Shown here: piece after piece, positions 1 through 10,055 of the stretch
How the letters are laid out: the number at the start of each line of letters is the position of its first letter
How positions within the stretch are numbered: the stretch's first letter is position 1
Assembly (NCBI GenBank): GCA_035352635.1
Contig: DAOPYA010000006.1
Span: forward strand, 3,742 to 67,741
Direction: 5' to 3'
Length of the DNA: 64,000 bases
DNA from: Candidatus Rifleibacterium sp.
Lineage (GTDB): Bacteria; Muiribacteriota; Ozemobacteria; Ozemobacterales; Ozemobacteraceae
Position numbers and translations under genes: made by a program
Notes under the pieces: model-generated
What the model was told of the DNA's origin: nothing
Database searches by the model: none
The model's input: only the letters and a program-made list of their open reading frames with translations

Positions 1-186
1 TGCAGATAATTGGTATCAGCTGTAGATGCAGTTGCCAAAAATATGGGCGCAGAATTTCCCTAACAAAAGCTTCTTCTGTCTGGCCTTCGCAATTTGCCTG
101 GGTTTTAATTATTGCCGGTCTGACGAAGAAGGATTGTTTTGTGAGATAATCGAACTTATATTGATTGAACAAATAACCCCGGTGAG

Positions 187-585
187 GTGAACATGAAGCC
201 AGAAGGAATCAAGTTTCCGATTTTCGGTCTTTTTTGCATGGCTCTTGGCGGCTTTTTTCTGCATTATCGCGTGCATCCGCCTTCCAAAGATGCGATCAAT
301 CTGATCGGCGTAATTTTTCCGCTGTTCAATGCCACGATTCTGCCTTGCATGTTTTTTTATCGTAAAACCGTTCCGTGGGCTTATATAATCAACATCACGA
401 GCGTTATTGTCGGGGTTTTTGTCATGACCTGGTTTTCGATTGCCAACTGGAAAGACCCGCTAACCTTGTATCACCTCCTTTTCCATTCGACGCTGGCCGA
501 CAGCCTTATTCTGCTTGGCAAACTTCCGCTGGCTCACATGATTCTCATGGCCTGGGTCAACTTTGACGAAGAAGAAAAGCCATGA
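187..585 (+). CDS. Hypothetical integral membrane protein, about 4 predicted TM helices
   Basis: 132-aa ORF, strongly hydrophobic. Its stop overlaps the next gene's start (ATGA-type overlap at 582-585), which suggests an operon with the flavocytochrome. Confidence 0.5.
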   Translation: MNMKPEGIKFPIFGLFCMALGGFFLHYRVHPPSKDAINLIGVIFPLFNATILPCMFFYRKTVPWAYIINITSVIVGVFVMTWFSIANWKDPLTLYHLLFHSTLADSLILLGKLPLAHMILMAWVNFDEEEKP

Positions 586-1934
586 GCGCTACAATTACCC
601 CCGCTGCCCGGCGGTATTCGTTACAAAAGGTCTTCTGCTGGCTGCTTTTGCTTGGCCTTTTTCTGCTGTTAACCCGAATTGGCGTGCGGCATTACTTCAG
701 GGAAGAAGCCGTTAAAGCCGGCACTTTGCCGGTGACGGTCGGGCGGGTGATTGCTCTCTGGACCATCGCTCTGCTGCTTCTTCAGCCGATTCTGGCGGCC
801 AGGCTGCGTGTTCTTGACCGTATTTTTGGCCTTGATCGTCTATTGCGGTTTCACCGCCTTGCAGGCATTCTCAGTCTGAGCATGGCATGTTTTCACCCTC
901 TGCTGATGTATGTTTCAGGTCTGAAAAAACTTGGGCCGCTGAGTTCTGAGCAATGGCCAGAGGCAATCGGCAGCATTTGTATTGTCGGATTGTGGCTTGC
1001 GGTGGTTTCTTCGGTCTGGCGCCGGTTTGTCAGCCTGAACTATGAACAGTGGCTCAGGCTTCATAAATTCACGGCTCCCGTGGTGGTGCTGGCTCTCGCG
1101 CACATGTTTATCATTGAATCTGCAATGCTTAAAGGCTGGGTTCTTGGCTTCTGGGTAGTATTGCTGGTTTTGTGGGCAGCAGTTTTGCTGGCATCACGAA
1201 TCGTTTTTCCAGCTCAACGTGCCAGAAACGAGGCATTCGTTGTTGCTGAAAGCGCCAGGGTGGCAGAAGGCGTCTGGCAGCTCAACCTTAAACCTGACGC
1301 CGGTGTTGAACGCTTCGACTTTGTTCCGGGTCAGTTCGCGTTTTTAGCCATCAAAAGCCCCGAGATACCCTTTGAAGAACACCCGTTTACCATCGCATCA
1401 GCCCCTGCTGATGCGGGTAATCTGCAATTCATTATTAAGGGTGATGGCGACTGGACCAGAAAGCTTTCGGCCGTCAGAGCCGGCGATCAGGCAAGAGTTT
1501 CAGGGCCATTTGGGGTTTTCTCGGCATACCGTCACGAACCTCGCAGCCTGGTGATGATTGCCGGTGGTATCGGCATCACCCCGATGCTGAGCACTTTGCG
1601 TCAGCTCAGCCGTGAAAAAGCAGCGTTGCCGGTCAAGCTGATCTGGTCTTTTCAGACCAGGGCCGGGGCACCGTGTATCGATGAAATTGACGGCTTCCGG
1701 CAGGCCCTTCCAAACCTTGAAGTAATTAAAATCGCAACCCGCGAACCCGCAATCGGCAACTCTGCGCCAACACGCCTCGACAAATTAACTCTCGCAAAAT
1801 TACTGCCCGAATTCAAGCCTGGCGACCTCGTCATGCTCTGCGGGCCAGTGCCAATGATGCGCGAGGTGCGCCATATCTTGCAGTCTCTTAATTACCCTGA
1901 TTCAGCAGTGCTGTCAGAAGAATTCGCCTTATAG
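582..1934 (+). CDS. Ferric-reductase/NOX-like flavocytochrome: N-terminal multi-TM bis-heme domain plus FAD-binding and NAD(P)-binding domains
   Basis: TM region with paired His (FHRLAGIL..CFHPLL and LHKF..LALAHMFII). HPFTIASAP FAD-binding motif. GGIGITP NAD(P)-binding motif. C-terminal CGP motif. Confidence 0.75.
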   Translation: MSATITPAARRYSLQKVFCWLLLLGLFLLLTRIGVRHYFREEAVKAGTLPVTVGRVIALWTIALLLLQPILAARLRVLDRIFGLDRLLRFHRLAGILSLSMACFHPLLMYVSGLKKLGPLSSEQWPEAIGSICIVGLWLAVVSSVWRRFVSLNYEQWLRLHKFTAPVVVLALAHMFIIESAMLKGWVLGFWVVLLVLWAAVLLASRIVFPAQRARNEAFVVAESARVAEGVWQLNLKPDAGVERFDFVPGQFAFLAIKSPEIPFEEHPFTIASAPADAGNLQFIIKGDGDWTRKLSAVRAGDQARVSGPFGVFSAYRHEPRSLVMIAGGIGITPMLSTLRQLSREKAALPVKLIWSFQTRAGAPCIDEIDGFRQALPNLEVIKIATREPAIGNSAPTRLDKLTLAKLLPEFKPGDLVMLCGPVPMMREVRHILQSLNYPDSAVLSEEFAL

Positions 1935-1963
1935 TGCCGACAACAGGTTATTTAACGGTTACA

Positions 1964-4867
1964 TCAGTCGCTTTTATCTTGGGAAAGCTTGGCGCTGCGC
2001 AGTTCGTAGAGTTCGTAGATATTGTATTCGCGTGCTTTGCCCTTAAGTGAACAGCGACGCAGAAAGTTGACGCGCCCTTCGCCCTTGAGCATGCGCATCG
2101 TCGAGCCGGAAATGATGATGCCGCTGCTGCTGTTGAGCGCCTCGTTTTTCAGGCGGGCCGCGAGGTTCACCTGGTCGCCGATCACAGTGAAGTCGAGTTT
2201 GCCGGTATATGAGCCGATGCGGCCTGAAATGACGGTGCCTGATGCAATGCCGGCGTAGATGTCGAATTGCTGTTCGTGCATGGCGGCAGCCAGGTCGAGG
2301 GCTGTTCTGGCGGCCCGCAGAGCGTGAGAGTCTGCATGAGCCTCACTCTCGCGAAAAACGAGCATCAGGGTATTATCTATTATCTTGTCGATAGTACCAC
2401 CGTGCTTTTTAACGAGGTGGTCGCCGCTGGTGATGAAGCGATTGATCAGAGCAACCGTCTGTTCGGGTGATAAACCTGCAGTAAGCTGGGTATAGTTTTT
2501 TAGGGCAGCGAAGATGATGGTGGCTTCAATGTTCTCGCCACCGGGAGCCATTTCGTGACTTTCTGACAACTCAATTTGCGAAATTGCATCTTCAGAAACA
2601 TAGTCGCTCAGCAGGTTGCGTTGCTGCAGGCCGACCACCAGGCCGGCAAAGGCTTCGTTCAATTTTTCGAACTCATCGCCAGTTGTGAGCGAAAGATTCC
2701 AGACATCGTGGCCCCGGGCTATCTGTTCGGCGCTTCTGGCAAGCTGCAGAACCGGGTTAACGAAAAACCTTTCCAGTAACTGGCTGACCAGATAAAAAAC
2801 CAGGCATAAATAGACCAGCAGACTCAGTGCAGCAGCAAAATAACCCTCGATATCAAGGCTCACCCTGACGATCGCCACTGCAATATGCGGAATATTATGA
2901 TTATAACGGCTGATGACATAGGTTCTGTTGCCCTGGTCGTCGGTTTCGCTGACGGTTCGTGATGTCTCATGCCTGGCGGCCTTTCTGATCACGGGTTCGC
3001 CAAGATGCCCACTGCCAGCCCATGTCTTTTTTGAACCAGTTCTATCGGTCGGCAAAAATGCGTATTTAATTGTGAACCCGCCCCAGCTTTCAACAAAATT
3101 GCCGTCGGCCACCGGCATCTGGGCAGTGTAAGAAGCCAAAATTGGCCCGGGTTCAAACTTTGCGCCGAGAATGCCCATGAACGGCATGCCGGGGGCGTGC
3201 TGGTCATACAATTTGTACATCGAATACCAGATGACACTCGTCGTCTGGTCAAAGTAATAGAATTGACCATTAGTGCGCAGCGAGTCGCCAATCGATGTGT
3301 TTTTGATCGGGTTGCCGGCGATGAGCATTATATCCTGGCGCACGCGGTTAACGATTGGCTCTGGCTCAAGCAGAAGGCTTAACAACTGTCGTGGCATGAA
3401 ACGCTCGACCATGCCGACTGTACTGTTCTGATTCGCGGGCGAACTGCGGTTCGGCAACTCAACAATCTGCGACTTTTCGGGTCGGTGCAGCGCCAGTGCC
3501 GAAACTGGCAGAGCTTTTCCAATGCGCTCAAATAGAATTGCCGTAGCCTGTGGGTCATTAAACAGCTGCCGGTCAATATTTTCGCCAAAGGAAATAAATG
3601 AACTTTCCAGGCCTTCCATGTACTGCTCAAGTTCGTTATGAATCTGGGTCAGGCGCGTTTCAACGTGCAGCAGAAGATTCTGCCTGGCGAGAAAGCTGTC
3701 ATACTGCCGGTGCAGATAAAACCCGATGGCAAGAAACGAAAATGGAAACAGTGAGACCAGCATGACACTCGCAAGAATGCGGCGCTTGAAACTGGTGTTA
3801 AGATCGATGCCGAAGGTCAGCATACGCATAAGCTGCACCAGAGAGATTATAATGATCAGACGACTGATCAGCCCGATATAATGACGAAGTCTCTGAAAAT
3901 CATGCTGAAAGCTGGTGGCCGGCAGATGATATTCAATGAACGGAATATCAAATTCGGCTTTTTTCTGGTTCAGGTGCATGCCGCTCTTATGCAGCCAGGT
4001 GCGAATGAATCTCTGGTCGGCCGGAGCCGTAATGACTATGCGGTCTTTGTAACGACGAATGCCGCTGAAAAGGTTTCCGGGCTGTGCTATGGCTTTCTGC
4101 ACATTGGTTTGTCTTGCGATGAGCCTGAGTTGCGGGTGAGTTTTACGAAGGGTTTTAAATATGGCTGGCCATGCAAGGTCGCGGCCGCGGAACACCGCCA
4201 GACAGCCTTTCTGGCCGGCCTGCGGCCTGGTGAACTCAAAATAGGTAAAATAAAGCTCGCCGCCGTAATCAACCGAAAGGTTCATTGAGACCTTTGCCGG
4301 TCTGATGTTGACCGTAGTGACGGTTTTGAACATCTGTTGAATTTGCAGGGCATTACGTACCGTTTCCTGACCCTCGGTCTGTTCTGCGTCTGCATTTGCC
4401 CGGTAGTTTTCTTTGGCCAGCATCTGAATAAGTTTGCGGAAAAGCGCTGCCGGCGGCATCTGCTTTTTCAGATCGGCTGGGCGAAAGGAGCGCGGCGTCA
4501 GTTTTTCGGCATTTGCATCAAAAAAGATGTAGAGCAGCCCCTGGCCGGTGATGACCCGGTCTATTTCGCTTTGCAGGTCGGCAACATTCGTCGAGCCGGC
4601 TGGAAGTTCAAGGTTTTCAAGCAGTGCGAGACGCGATTCGAGATAGTTTTCGACTACCAGCAGATTGCGGTATTCATCTATTTTCTGGTGCGCGATGGCT
4701 AGTTGCTCTGGCTCAGCAAAAAGCGCGTACTCGTCGAGAAAGTAATCGAGAGCGAACAGTGACCCGGCGAGTGGCAGAACCAGAACCAACAACCAGGCCA
4801 GCAACAACGGCCCGGCGGCAATGCTGATCGTTCCTGTAATTTTGTTTTTGCTGTCAGTTGCCATCAA
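1964..4867 (-). CDS. Membrane-bound sensor nucleotidyl cyclase (2 TM + periplasmic sensor region + HAMP + class III cyclase homology domain)
   Basis: 967 aa. N-terminal TM helix, large extracytoplasmic region, second TM. C-terminal CHD with FTVIGDQVNLAARL-type motif. Confidence 0.8.
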   Translation of the reverse strand: MMATDSKNKITGTISIAAGPLLLAWLLVLVLPLAGSLFALDYFLDEYALFAEPEQLAIAHQKIDEYRNLLVVENYLESRLALLENLELPAGSTNVADLQSEIDRVITGQGLLYIFFDANAEKLTPRSFRPADLKKQMPPAALFRKLIQMLAKENYRANADAEQTEGQETVRNALQIQQMFKTVTTVNIRPAKVSMNLSVDYGGELYFTYFEFTRPQAGQKGCLAVFRGRDLAWPAIFKTLRKTHPQLRLIARQTNVQKAIAQPGNLFSGIRRYKDRIVITAPADQRFIRTWLHKSGMHLNQKKAEFDIPFIEYHLPATSFQHDFQRLRHYIGLISRLIIIISLVQLMRMLTFGIDLNTSFKRRILASVMLVSLFPFSFLAIGFYLHRQYDSFLARQNLLLHVETRLTQIHNELEQYMEGLESSFISFGENIDRQLFNDPQATAILFERIGKALPVSALALHRPEKSQIVELPNRSSPANQNSTVGMVERFMPRQLLSLLLEPEPIVNRVRQDIMLIAGNPIKNTSIGDSLRTNGQFYYFDQTTSVIWYSMYKLYDQHAPGMPFMGILGAKFEPGPILASYTAQMPVADGNFVESWGGFTIKYAFLPTDRTGSKKTWAGSGHLGEPVIRKAARHETSRTVSETDDQGNRTYVISRYNHNIPHIAVAIVRVSLDIEGYFAAALSLLVYLCLVFYLVSQLLERFFVNPVLQLARSAEQIARGHDVWNLSLTTGDEFEKLNEAFAGLVVGLQQRNLLSDYVSEDAISQIELSESHEMAPGGENIEATIIFAALKNYTQLTAGLSPEQTVALINRFITSGDHLVKKHGGTIDKIIDNTLMLVFRESEAHADSHALRAARTALDLAAAMHEQQFDIYAGIASGTVISGRIGSYTGKLDFTVIGDQVNLAARLKNEALNSSSGIIISGSTMRMLKGEGRVNFLRRCSLKGKAREYNIYELYELRSAKLSQDKSD

Positions 4868-7838
4868 GAAGTTCCCAGCTTTCGTCGTTGTGGCGGGTCA
4901 GCCTGAAGGCATCGTTTAGAGCAGCACGACTGGCATTGCAGACAAGAATTCGACTTGTGGTATGCACGGTCATAGCTTCGAGATGGGCCGCCTGCTCTGT
5001 TATCCGCCCAATGATCGTGAAATCCTTGCGGCCGTTCGTGCTGCCAATGCTACCCGAAATGGCCTGGCCGGTAGTGATGCCGATGCCGTTCTCAAGAGCA
5101 AATAGATTCTGCCGGGCGCGTTGCCCGTTGAGCGCGAACAGTTGGCGGCGCATGGCGAGAGCGGTTTGGCAGGCTCGCTGTCCCACGGGCGCCAGGCCGG
5201 CTTTTTCATAAAAAACAACCTGTATGGCATCGCCGATATATTTATCGATTACCCCGCTATTCTCGCTTATGGCTGCTTCCATCGCGGTAAAATAAGTATT
5301 GAGCAGTTCAACAACCTCTGACGGTGCATATTTTTCGCTGATTGAGGTAAAGCCCCTGATATCTGAGGCGAGAACACTGACCACCTGCATGTCGCTGCCC
5401 GTAACTTTTGCCCCCGGGGTGCCTTCGACTCTCTCGATCAGTTTGGCCGAGACAAGTCTTTTGATCATTTCCCGCTGTCGCAAAGCCCCTGACATCTTGT
5501 TGAAAGCTGAGGTTATGAGACTGAATTCATCGCCCGAAAACTTTTCGATGAGAACGCCATAGTCTTCTTTGCTGAGCCTGGCGACCCCATCAGAAAAGAT
5601 TTTAACCGGTTTGATGATAAACTCGGCAAAGAGTAACGACAGAACCATGATCAGAAGAATACCGTAGCCAACCAGCACCGGAAAAAGCATACTGACGAAA
5701 AGCTGACCAATACCGTGCCCCCGGCTGCGGCCAATGGCCGAAAAAATGGCCGGACTGCCGGGTCGGAAGCTCCAGGCCTGAACCCTGGCTCCAGCTTCAC
5801 TGTGAAAGATCAGGCTACCTGTATCTTTGGCAACCATGGCGCGCTGAAAAATATCAAGCATTTCGTCGTTCGGAGCCGCCTGGGGCGGCCAGGCATTCAT
5901 GTTAAATTGTGATTGCCGGCGTAGTCTGGCAGCCAGCTCGATATCACAATAACGGTCGCTTCTGCTGAATCTTTGCTGCCGGGCCTGGGAATACTCGCTG
6001 AGATAGGCGTGGGTGAAAAAATCGCCGTCGTTGAATCGTGGAAAGGCGAATACATAGCCGCAGCCGGATGATTTTGCAATAATGCTGGCGGCGCGACTGG
6101 TATCAAGGGTGTGGGTAATATCACGCTGAATGGTTGTCTCGAATGGAATTGCCCCTTCTTCGCGCTCGGGCGTTATGAAGTCTTCGAAAATCCCAAGGGT
6201 CAGGGTGTTCGAAAGCACGTTTCCCTTTTTCTTCAGCAATCCGAGGTTGTCGAGATACTTCGGTATGATAGCATTGAGAAGTTTGTTGGTTTCTATGCCA
6301 AGATACTGAAGCGCCTGGTTAAAGTGAATAATGGTGCCATTTTCGTCAACCCAGATATGGTTGGTCGTTATGGTTCTCAGCCAGAGAAGATCGTCGCCGG
6401 GGCGACTCAGAACCTTTTCCGGGTCAAGTTGGCGGTTTTGATATTCTTCGAGGCGTCGTTTGGTTTCGAGCATTGCCAGTTGCTGATGCTGTGAGTTTTC
6501 GAGCTCGTTGATGACGAATTCGCGAATGAATTCTTCGGTCTTCAGCAGCACGTGATTTTCAATAAGGCGCCCTGAACCTTTGATGCTGATGGCGGTGAGA
6601 AAACCAACCCCGGTGACCGGAATAAAAATTATGATGGCAAGCAGTAACAGAAGCTTGCGGCGGATAGCCAGGCGCAAATTCAGGCCAAAAAGCCAGAAAT
6701 GCAGGGCCGCCATCAGGTAACATAGCAGCAGAAAGCCTGATATCAAGCGAAAAAGACGCTGATAGTTTTTCATTTCAATGATTTCGCGGGGTGGGGGGGC
6801 CTTGAGACGAAGATGATAGCGGCCGGTCTGGTCAGTATAGCGCTGTTTTTGCAATCTTTTGGTGAAAAAGAAGTGGTTCCAGAATTCGGTTGGCGGCCGA
6901 TCAAAGTAGAACAATGTTCCCCGTTCTTCAAAAAAACCTGATCTTGGCAGAGCTAAATCAATCAGTTCAGCCTCAATCTGCTCTGAATTATTTTGCAGCG
7001 CATTCTTTAGAAGCATGGCCGGTTCAATGGCTGATTGAAGAACCCCGATAACATAGCCACCGTGTATGTTCTTGCGGCTGACGCAACCGTAGGCATAGTA
7101 ATAAATTGACTGTCTGCCAAAATAGTCAGTGAAAACTTCCTTAACCGTATCGTTAAGCAAATCGAATTCGGTGAAACGGTTTAAATACTTGAATTCGAGG
7201 GCCGCACTCTTCTGGAAATTAAACTCAATCAAGTCATTCATGCTGGCATGCAGACCAAGGTTTCGCCAGCTGCGCTGGTAATATTGCTCATAAAGCTGCC
7301 CGCTCAGACCGATTAGGCGGCAGGCAATGGCCGTCGCCAGATTCATCGGCTCAGGGCACTGCGCAAGCAGGGTTTCGGCAAACCAGTGATATATGCCGGC
7401 AAAGGCAGGGCTGACAACGGCAATGAAGAGCGGGTCAACCCGTTGCGCCTGCATCGCATCTCTGAGCCTGTCTGGCAAGTTCTCGTTAAAGAGCTCTTTT
7501 CCATAGTCTTTAGCTGGTTGCATTTTGATCAGGTCGGCAGTTACCCCGGGCAGGGCTTTGGCATGAGCTTTCCTGATGATTTCTTTTATGAAAAAGGCTG
7601 GTTTCAGAAGGGTTTTAACTTTTGCAGTTTCCTGCAGCATCTTTTCGCGCAGCAGTGCCATGGCAGAATCAGTGCTGCGCTGCACCGCAGTCGTCAGAAG
7701 ATCGTTAAAAAACAACAACGGCGCCGCCAGCACGATAAAGCCGGCCAGTAACAGCACCAGAAGACGAGTTTCTGCGTATTTTTTCATGCCAGTTTGCCAG
7801 AAAATAATTGTCTGTTTACGCTGTGCAGCAGAGATCAT
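4854..7838 (-). CDS. Second membrane-bound sensor nucleotidyl cyclase (HAMP + class III cyclase domain), tandem paralog of 1964-4867
   Basis: C-terminal CHD (FTIIGRITEQAAHLEAM). The frame is open to 7922. ATG at 7838 is preceded by an AAGGG RBS, so I prefer that start. Overlaps the downstream cyclase gene by 14 bp. Confidence 0.75.
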   Translation of the reverse strand: MISAAQRKQTIIFWQTGMKKYAETRLLVLLLAGFIVLAAPLLFFNDLLTTAVQRSTDSAMALLREKMLQETAKVKTLLKPAFFIKEIIRKAHAKALPGVTADLIKMQPAKDYGKELFNENLPDRLRDAMQAQRVDPLFIAVVSPAFAGIYHWFAETLLAQCPEPMNLATAIACRLIGLSGQLYEQYYQRSWRNLGLHASMNDLIEFNFQKSAALEFKYLNRFTEFDLLNDTVKEVFTDYFGRQSIYYYAYGCVSRKNIHGGYVIGVLQSAIEPAMLLKNALQNNSEQIEAELIDLALPRSGFFEERGTLFYFDRPPTEFWNHFFFTKRLQKQRYTDQTGRYHLRLKAPPPREIIEMKNYQRLFRLISGFLLLCYLMAALHFWLFGLNLRLAIRRKLLLLLAIIIFIPVTGVGFLTAISIKGSGRLIENHVLLKTEEFIREFVINELENSQHQQLAMLETKRRLEEYQNRQLDPEKVLSRPGDDLLWLRTITTNHIWVDENGTIIHFNQALQYLGIETNKLLNAIIPKYLDNLGLLKKKGNVLSNTLTLGIFEDFITPEREEGAIPFETTIQRDITHTLDTSRAASIIAKSSGCGYVFAFPRFNDGDFFTHAYLSEYSQARQQRFSRSDRYCDIELAARLRRQSQFNMNAWPPQAAPNDEMLDIFQRAMVAKDTGSLIFHSEAGARVQAWSFRPGSPAIFSAIGRSRGHGIGQLFVSMLFPVLVGYGILLIMVLSLLFAEFIIKPVKIFSDGVARLSKEDYGVLIEKFSGDEFSLITSAFNKMSGALRQREMIKRLVSAKLIERVEGTPGAKVTGSDMQVVSVLASDIRGFTSISEKYAPSEVVELLNTYFTAMEAAISENSGVIDKYIGDAIQVVFYEKAGLAPVGQRACQTALAMRRQLFALNGQRARQNLFALENGIGITTGQAISGSIGSTNGRKDFTIIGRITEQAAHLEAMTVHTTSRILVCNASRAALNDAFRLTRHNDESWELLDGN

Positions 7839-7984
7839 GCCCTTGGAGATCGCAAAAGTATCATTTCTGACAAAGCAATGCAGCTGCGACATTCTACCAT
7901 TACTGCCGGCTATTGATAACAATTACCATAATGAATATCTATTGAAAAACGTTCTACCTGTTTTTAAATGAGTCAGACGGGCTG

Positions 7985-8044
7985 TATATAAGAGTGCATC
8001 ACTTGTTTGTCACCGATTCGACGGCGCGGCCTATCAGCCGGGTT
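7985..8044 (+). repeat. Copy 1 of a roughly 60-bp dispersed intergenic element (TATATAAGAG...CGATTCGACGGCGCGGCC...CAGCCGG)
   Basis: Near-identical sequences at 8251-8306, 13053-13112 and 61450-61510, all in + orientation. Confidence 0.6.
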
Positions 8045-8250
8045 ACTTTTTTGCTGACAGGAGGTCAGCGATACTCGACAGCATCAGGATAGATGCTGTC
8101 GGGTGCTACAGCGATTCGCTTCGCTCAGCAGAACCGCTCTATCGTGCGCGGTTCTGCATAAGCACCTCCTGTGCGTAACAAGCTTCCGAAAAAGTAATCC
8201 CGTCTTCTCTCCGCGCCTTGTGTTGGAATTTTCAAGGAGCTGTTGCATTT

Positions 8251-8306
8251 TTAAGAGTGCATCGCTTGTTTGTACCGATTCGACGGCGCGGCCCTTTCGG
8301 CCGGTT
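8251..8306 (+). repeat. Copy 2 of the roughly 60-bp dispersed intergenic element
   Basis: TAAGAGTGCATCGCTTGTTTGTACCGATTCGACGGCGCGGCCCTTTCGGCCGG. The 3' hairpin is retained with a different loop. Confidence 0.6.
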
Positions 8307-8478
8307 TACAGGTTAACTTGTAGCTTGCCGGCAAAAAGTATTGTAAAATACCCTGCGTTGCCTGATCAGTCAGAACCTGCATTTTCAAACTTCGCAAGCG
8401 CGAACCCGGTTTTTCAGACAGAGAAAGACTGCGTGCCGGGCTGCCTGTTACCCTGTTATCATAATTCAGTCACCGACC

Positions 8479-9858
8479 ATGATCATTGAACAAAAAGACG
8501 CGCAATACATCAGAATGACCGAATCTCCGGTTGGCGGGCTGATTGCCTCGCTGGCCGTTCCGACGATTGTCAGTATGCTGGTATCGTCGATCTACAACAT
8601 GGCTGACACCTGGTTTGTTTCAAAGCTTGGCACCAGCGCTTCGGCCGCGGTTGGTATTGTGTTTTCGCTGATGGCAATTATTCAGGCGATCGGCTTTATG
8701 ATCGGCATGGGTTCGGGAAGCATGATCTCGCGACTTCTCGGTGCCTGCGAGAATGACCGGGCAAATGAGGTCGCGGCGAGCGGTTTTTATCTTTCTTTTT
8801 GTCTTGGCCTGTTGCTGGCCATCGCCGGCATGTATTACCTCGACCCGTTGATGCATCTGCTCGGGGCCACCAGAAGCATTTTGCCCTTCGCCCGGCAATA
8901 TGCATTCTATATTCTGTTCGCTGCGCCGGTTATGACCGCCTGTTTTCTGCTGAACAACGTTTTAAGATCTGAGGGCAAGGCGCAGCTGGCGATGTTTGGC
9001 ATTGTTTCGGGTGGGGTGCTTAATTGTTTTCTTGACCCTCTGTTTATTTTTACTTTCAAGATGGGCATTGGTGGGGCTGCAATCGCCACCGCCCTCAGTC
9101 AATGTGTCAGTTTTGTGATTTTGTTGTCGCCTTTTCTCAGGGGCAAAACGGTTACCAGGTTAAAAATGGCTTCGGTTGCCAGAAACCCGGTTGTTTATCT
9201 GCAGATTCTCAAAAATGGTTTGCCTTCATTCTGCCGTCAGGGCCTGTCGAGTGTCGCTACCGTTGCCCTGAACGTTAACGCGGCGGTCTATGGTGACGCG
9301 GCGGTTGCCGGGGTTTCGATCGTCGGCCGGATATTTATGACTGTTTTTTCGATCACCCTCGGCATCGGGCAAGGGTTTCAGCCGGTGCTCGGTTACAACT
9401 ATGGTGCTAAAAAATACGGGCGGGTGCGCGAAGCCATTTTTTTTACACTCAAGAGCAGTTCTGTTGCGATGATTGTTTGCGCTTTGGTTGGCTATTGCAA
9501 AGCCTCAGCCCTGATGCGATTATTCATTGCCGATGATGCAGCGGTTATCAGCATAGGGTCTGTGGCTCTGCAGGCTCAATCGCTGGCGGTGCCGCTCATT
9601 CCGATGATGGTGGTCTGCAATATGACTTTTCAGGGCCTTGGCCGCTCAATGACGGCAACTATTCTGTCGATGGCCCGCCAGGGTATCTTTTTTATGCCGA
9701 TTATCCTGGTTTTTCCGCGTCTGTTCGGCTTGTTTGGTGTGCAGATCGCTCAAGCGCTCGCCGATGTCTGCACGTTTCTTGTTTGCCTGCCGTTTATGTA
9801 TAAATTTCTCAAGGAACTTGACGCCGAAACAGCGAAACTCGACACCACTGAAGCCTGA
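8479..9858 (+). CDS. MATE family multidrug/Na+ efflux transporter
   Basis: 459 aa, 12 TM, typical MatE composition. Confidence 0.85.
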   Translation: MIIEQKDAQYIRMTESPVGGLIASLAVPTIVSMLVSSIYNMADTWFVSKLGTSASAAVGIVFSLMAIIQAIGFMIGMGSGSMISRLLGACENDRANEVAASGFYLSFCLGLLLAIAGMYYLDPLMHLLGATRSILPFARQYAFYILFAAPVMTACFLLNNVLRSEGKAQLAMFGIVSGGVLNCFLDPLFIFTFKMGIGGAAIATALSQCVSFVILLSPFLRGKTVTRLKMASVARNPVVYLQILKNGLPSFCRQGLSSVATVALNVNAAVYGDAAVAGVSIVGRIFMTVFSITLGIGQGFQPVLGYNYGAKKYGRVREAIFFTLKSSSVAMIVCALVGYCKASALMRLFIADDAAVISIGSVALQAQSLAVPLIPMMVVCNMTFQGLGRSMTATILSMARQGIFFMPIILVFPRLFGLFGVQIAQALADVCTFLVCLPFMYKFLKELDAETAKLDTTEA

Positions 9859-10055
9859 GAACGTAACGTTATTCAGGGCAAGACCCAACTGATCGCCAGT
9901 CGGGCTGTGACAAATTGCTGGTCAACGCTACACTCTGGCTCGGGCGAGCCTGGTCGCTGTTCTGATTCCTTTTAAATGAATCGAGTTCACGACTGGATGT
10001 TCGTTTGACTATCGGTTAGAATATACGGGCAAAGTGAAAATCATGGGGGAACTAT

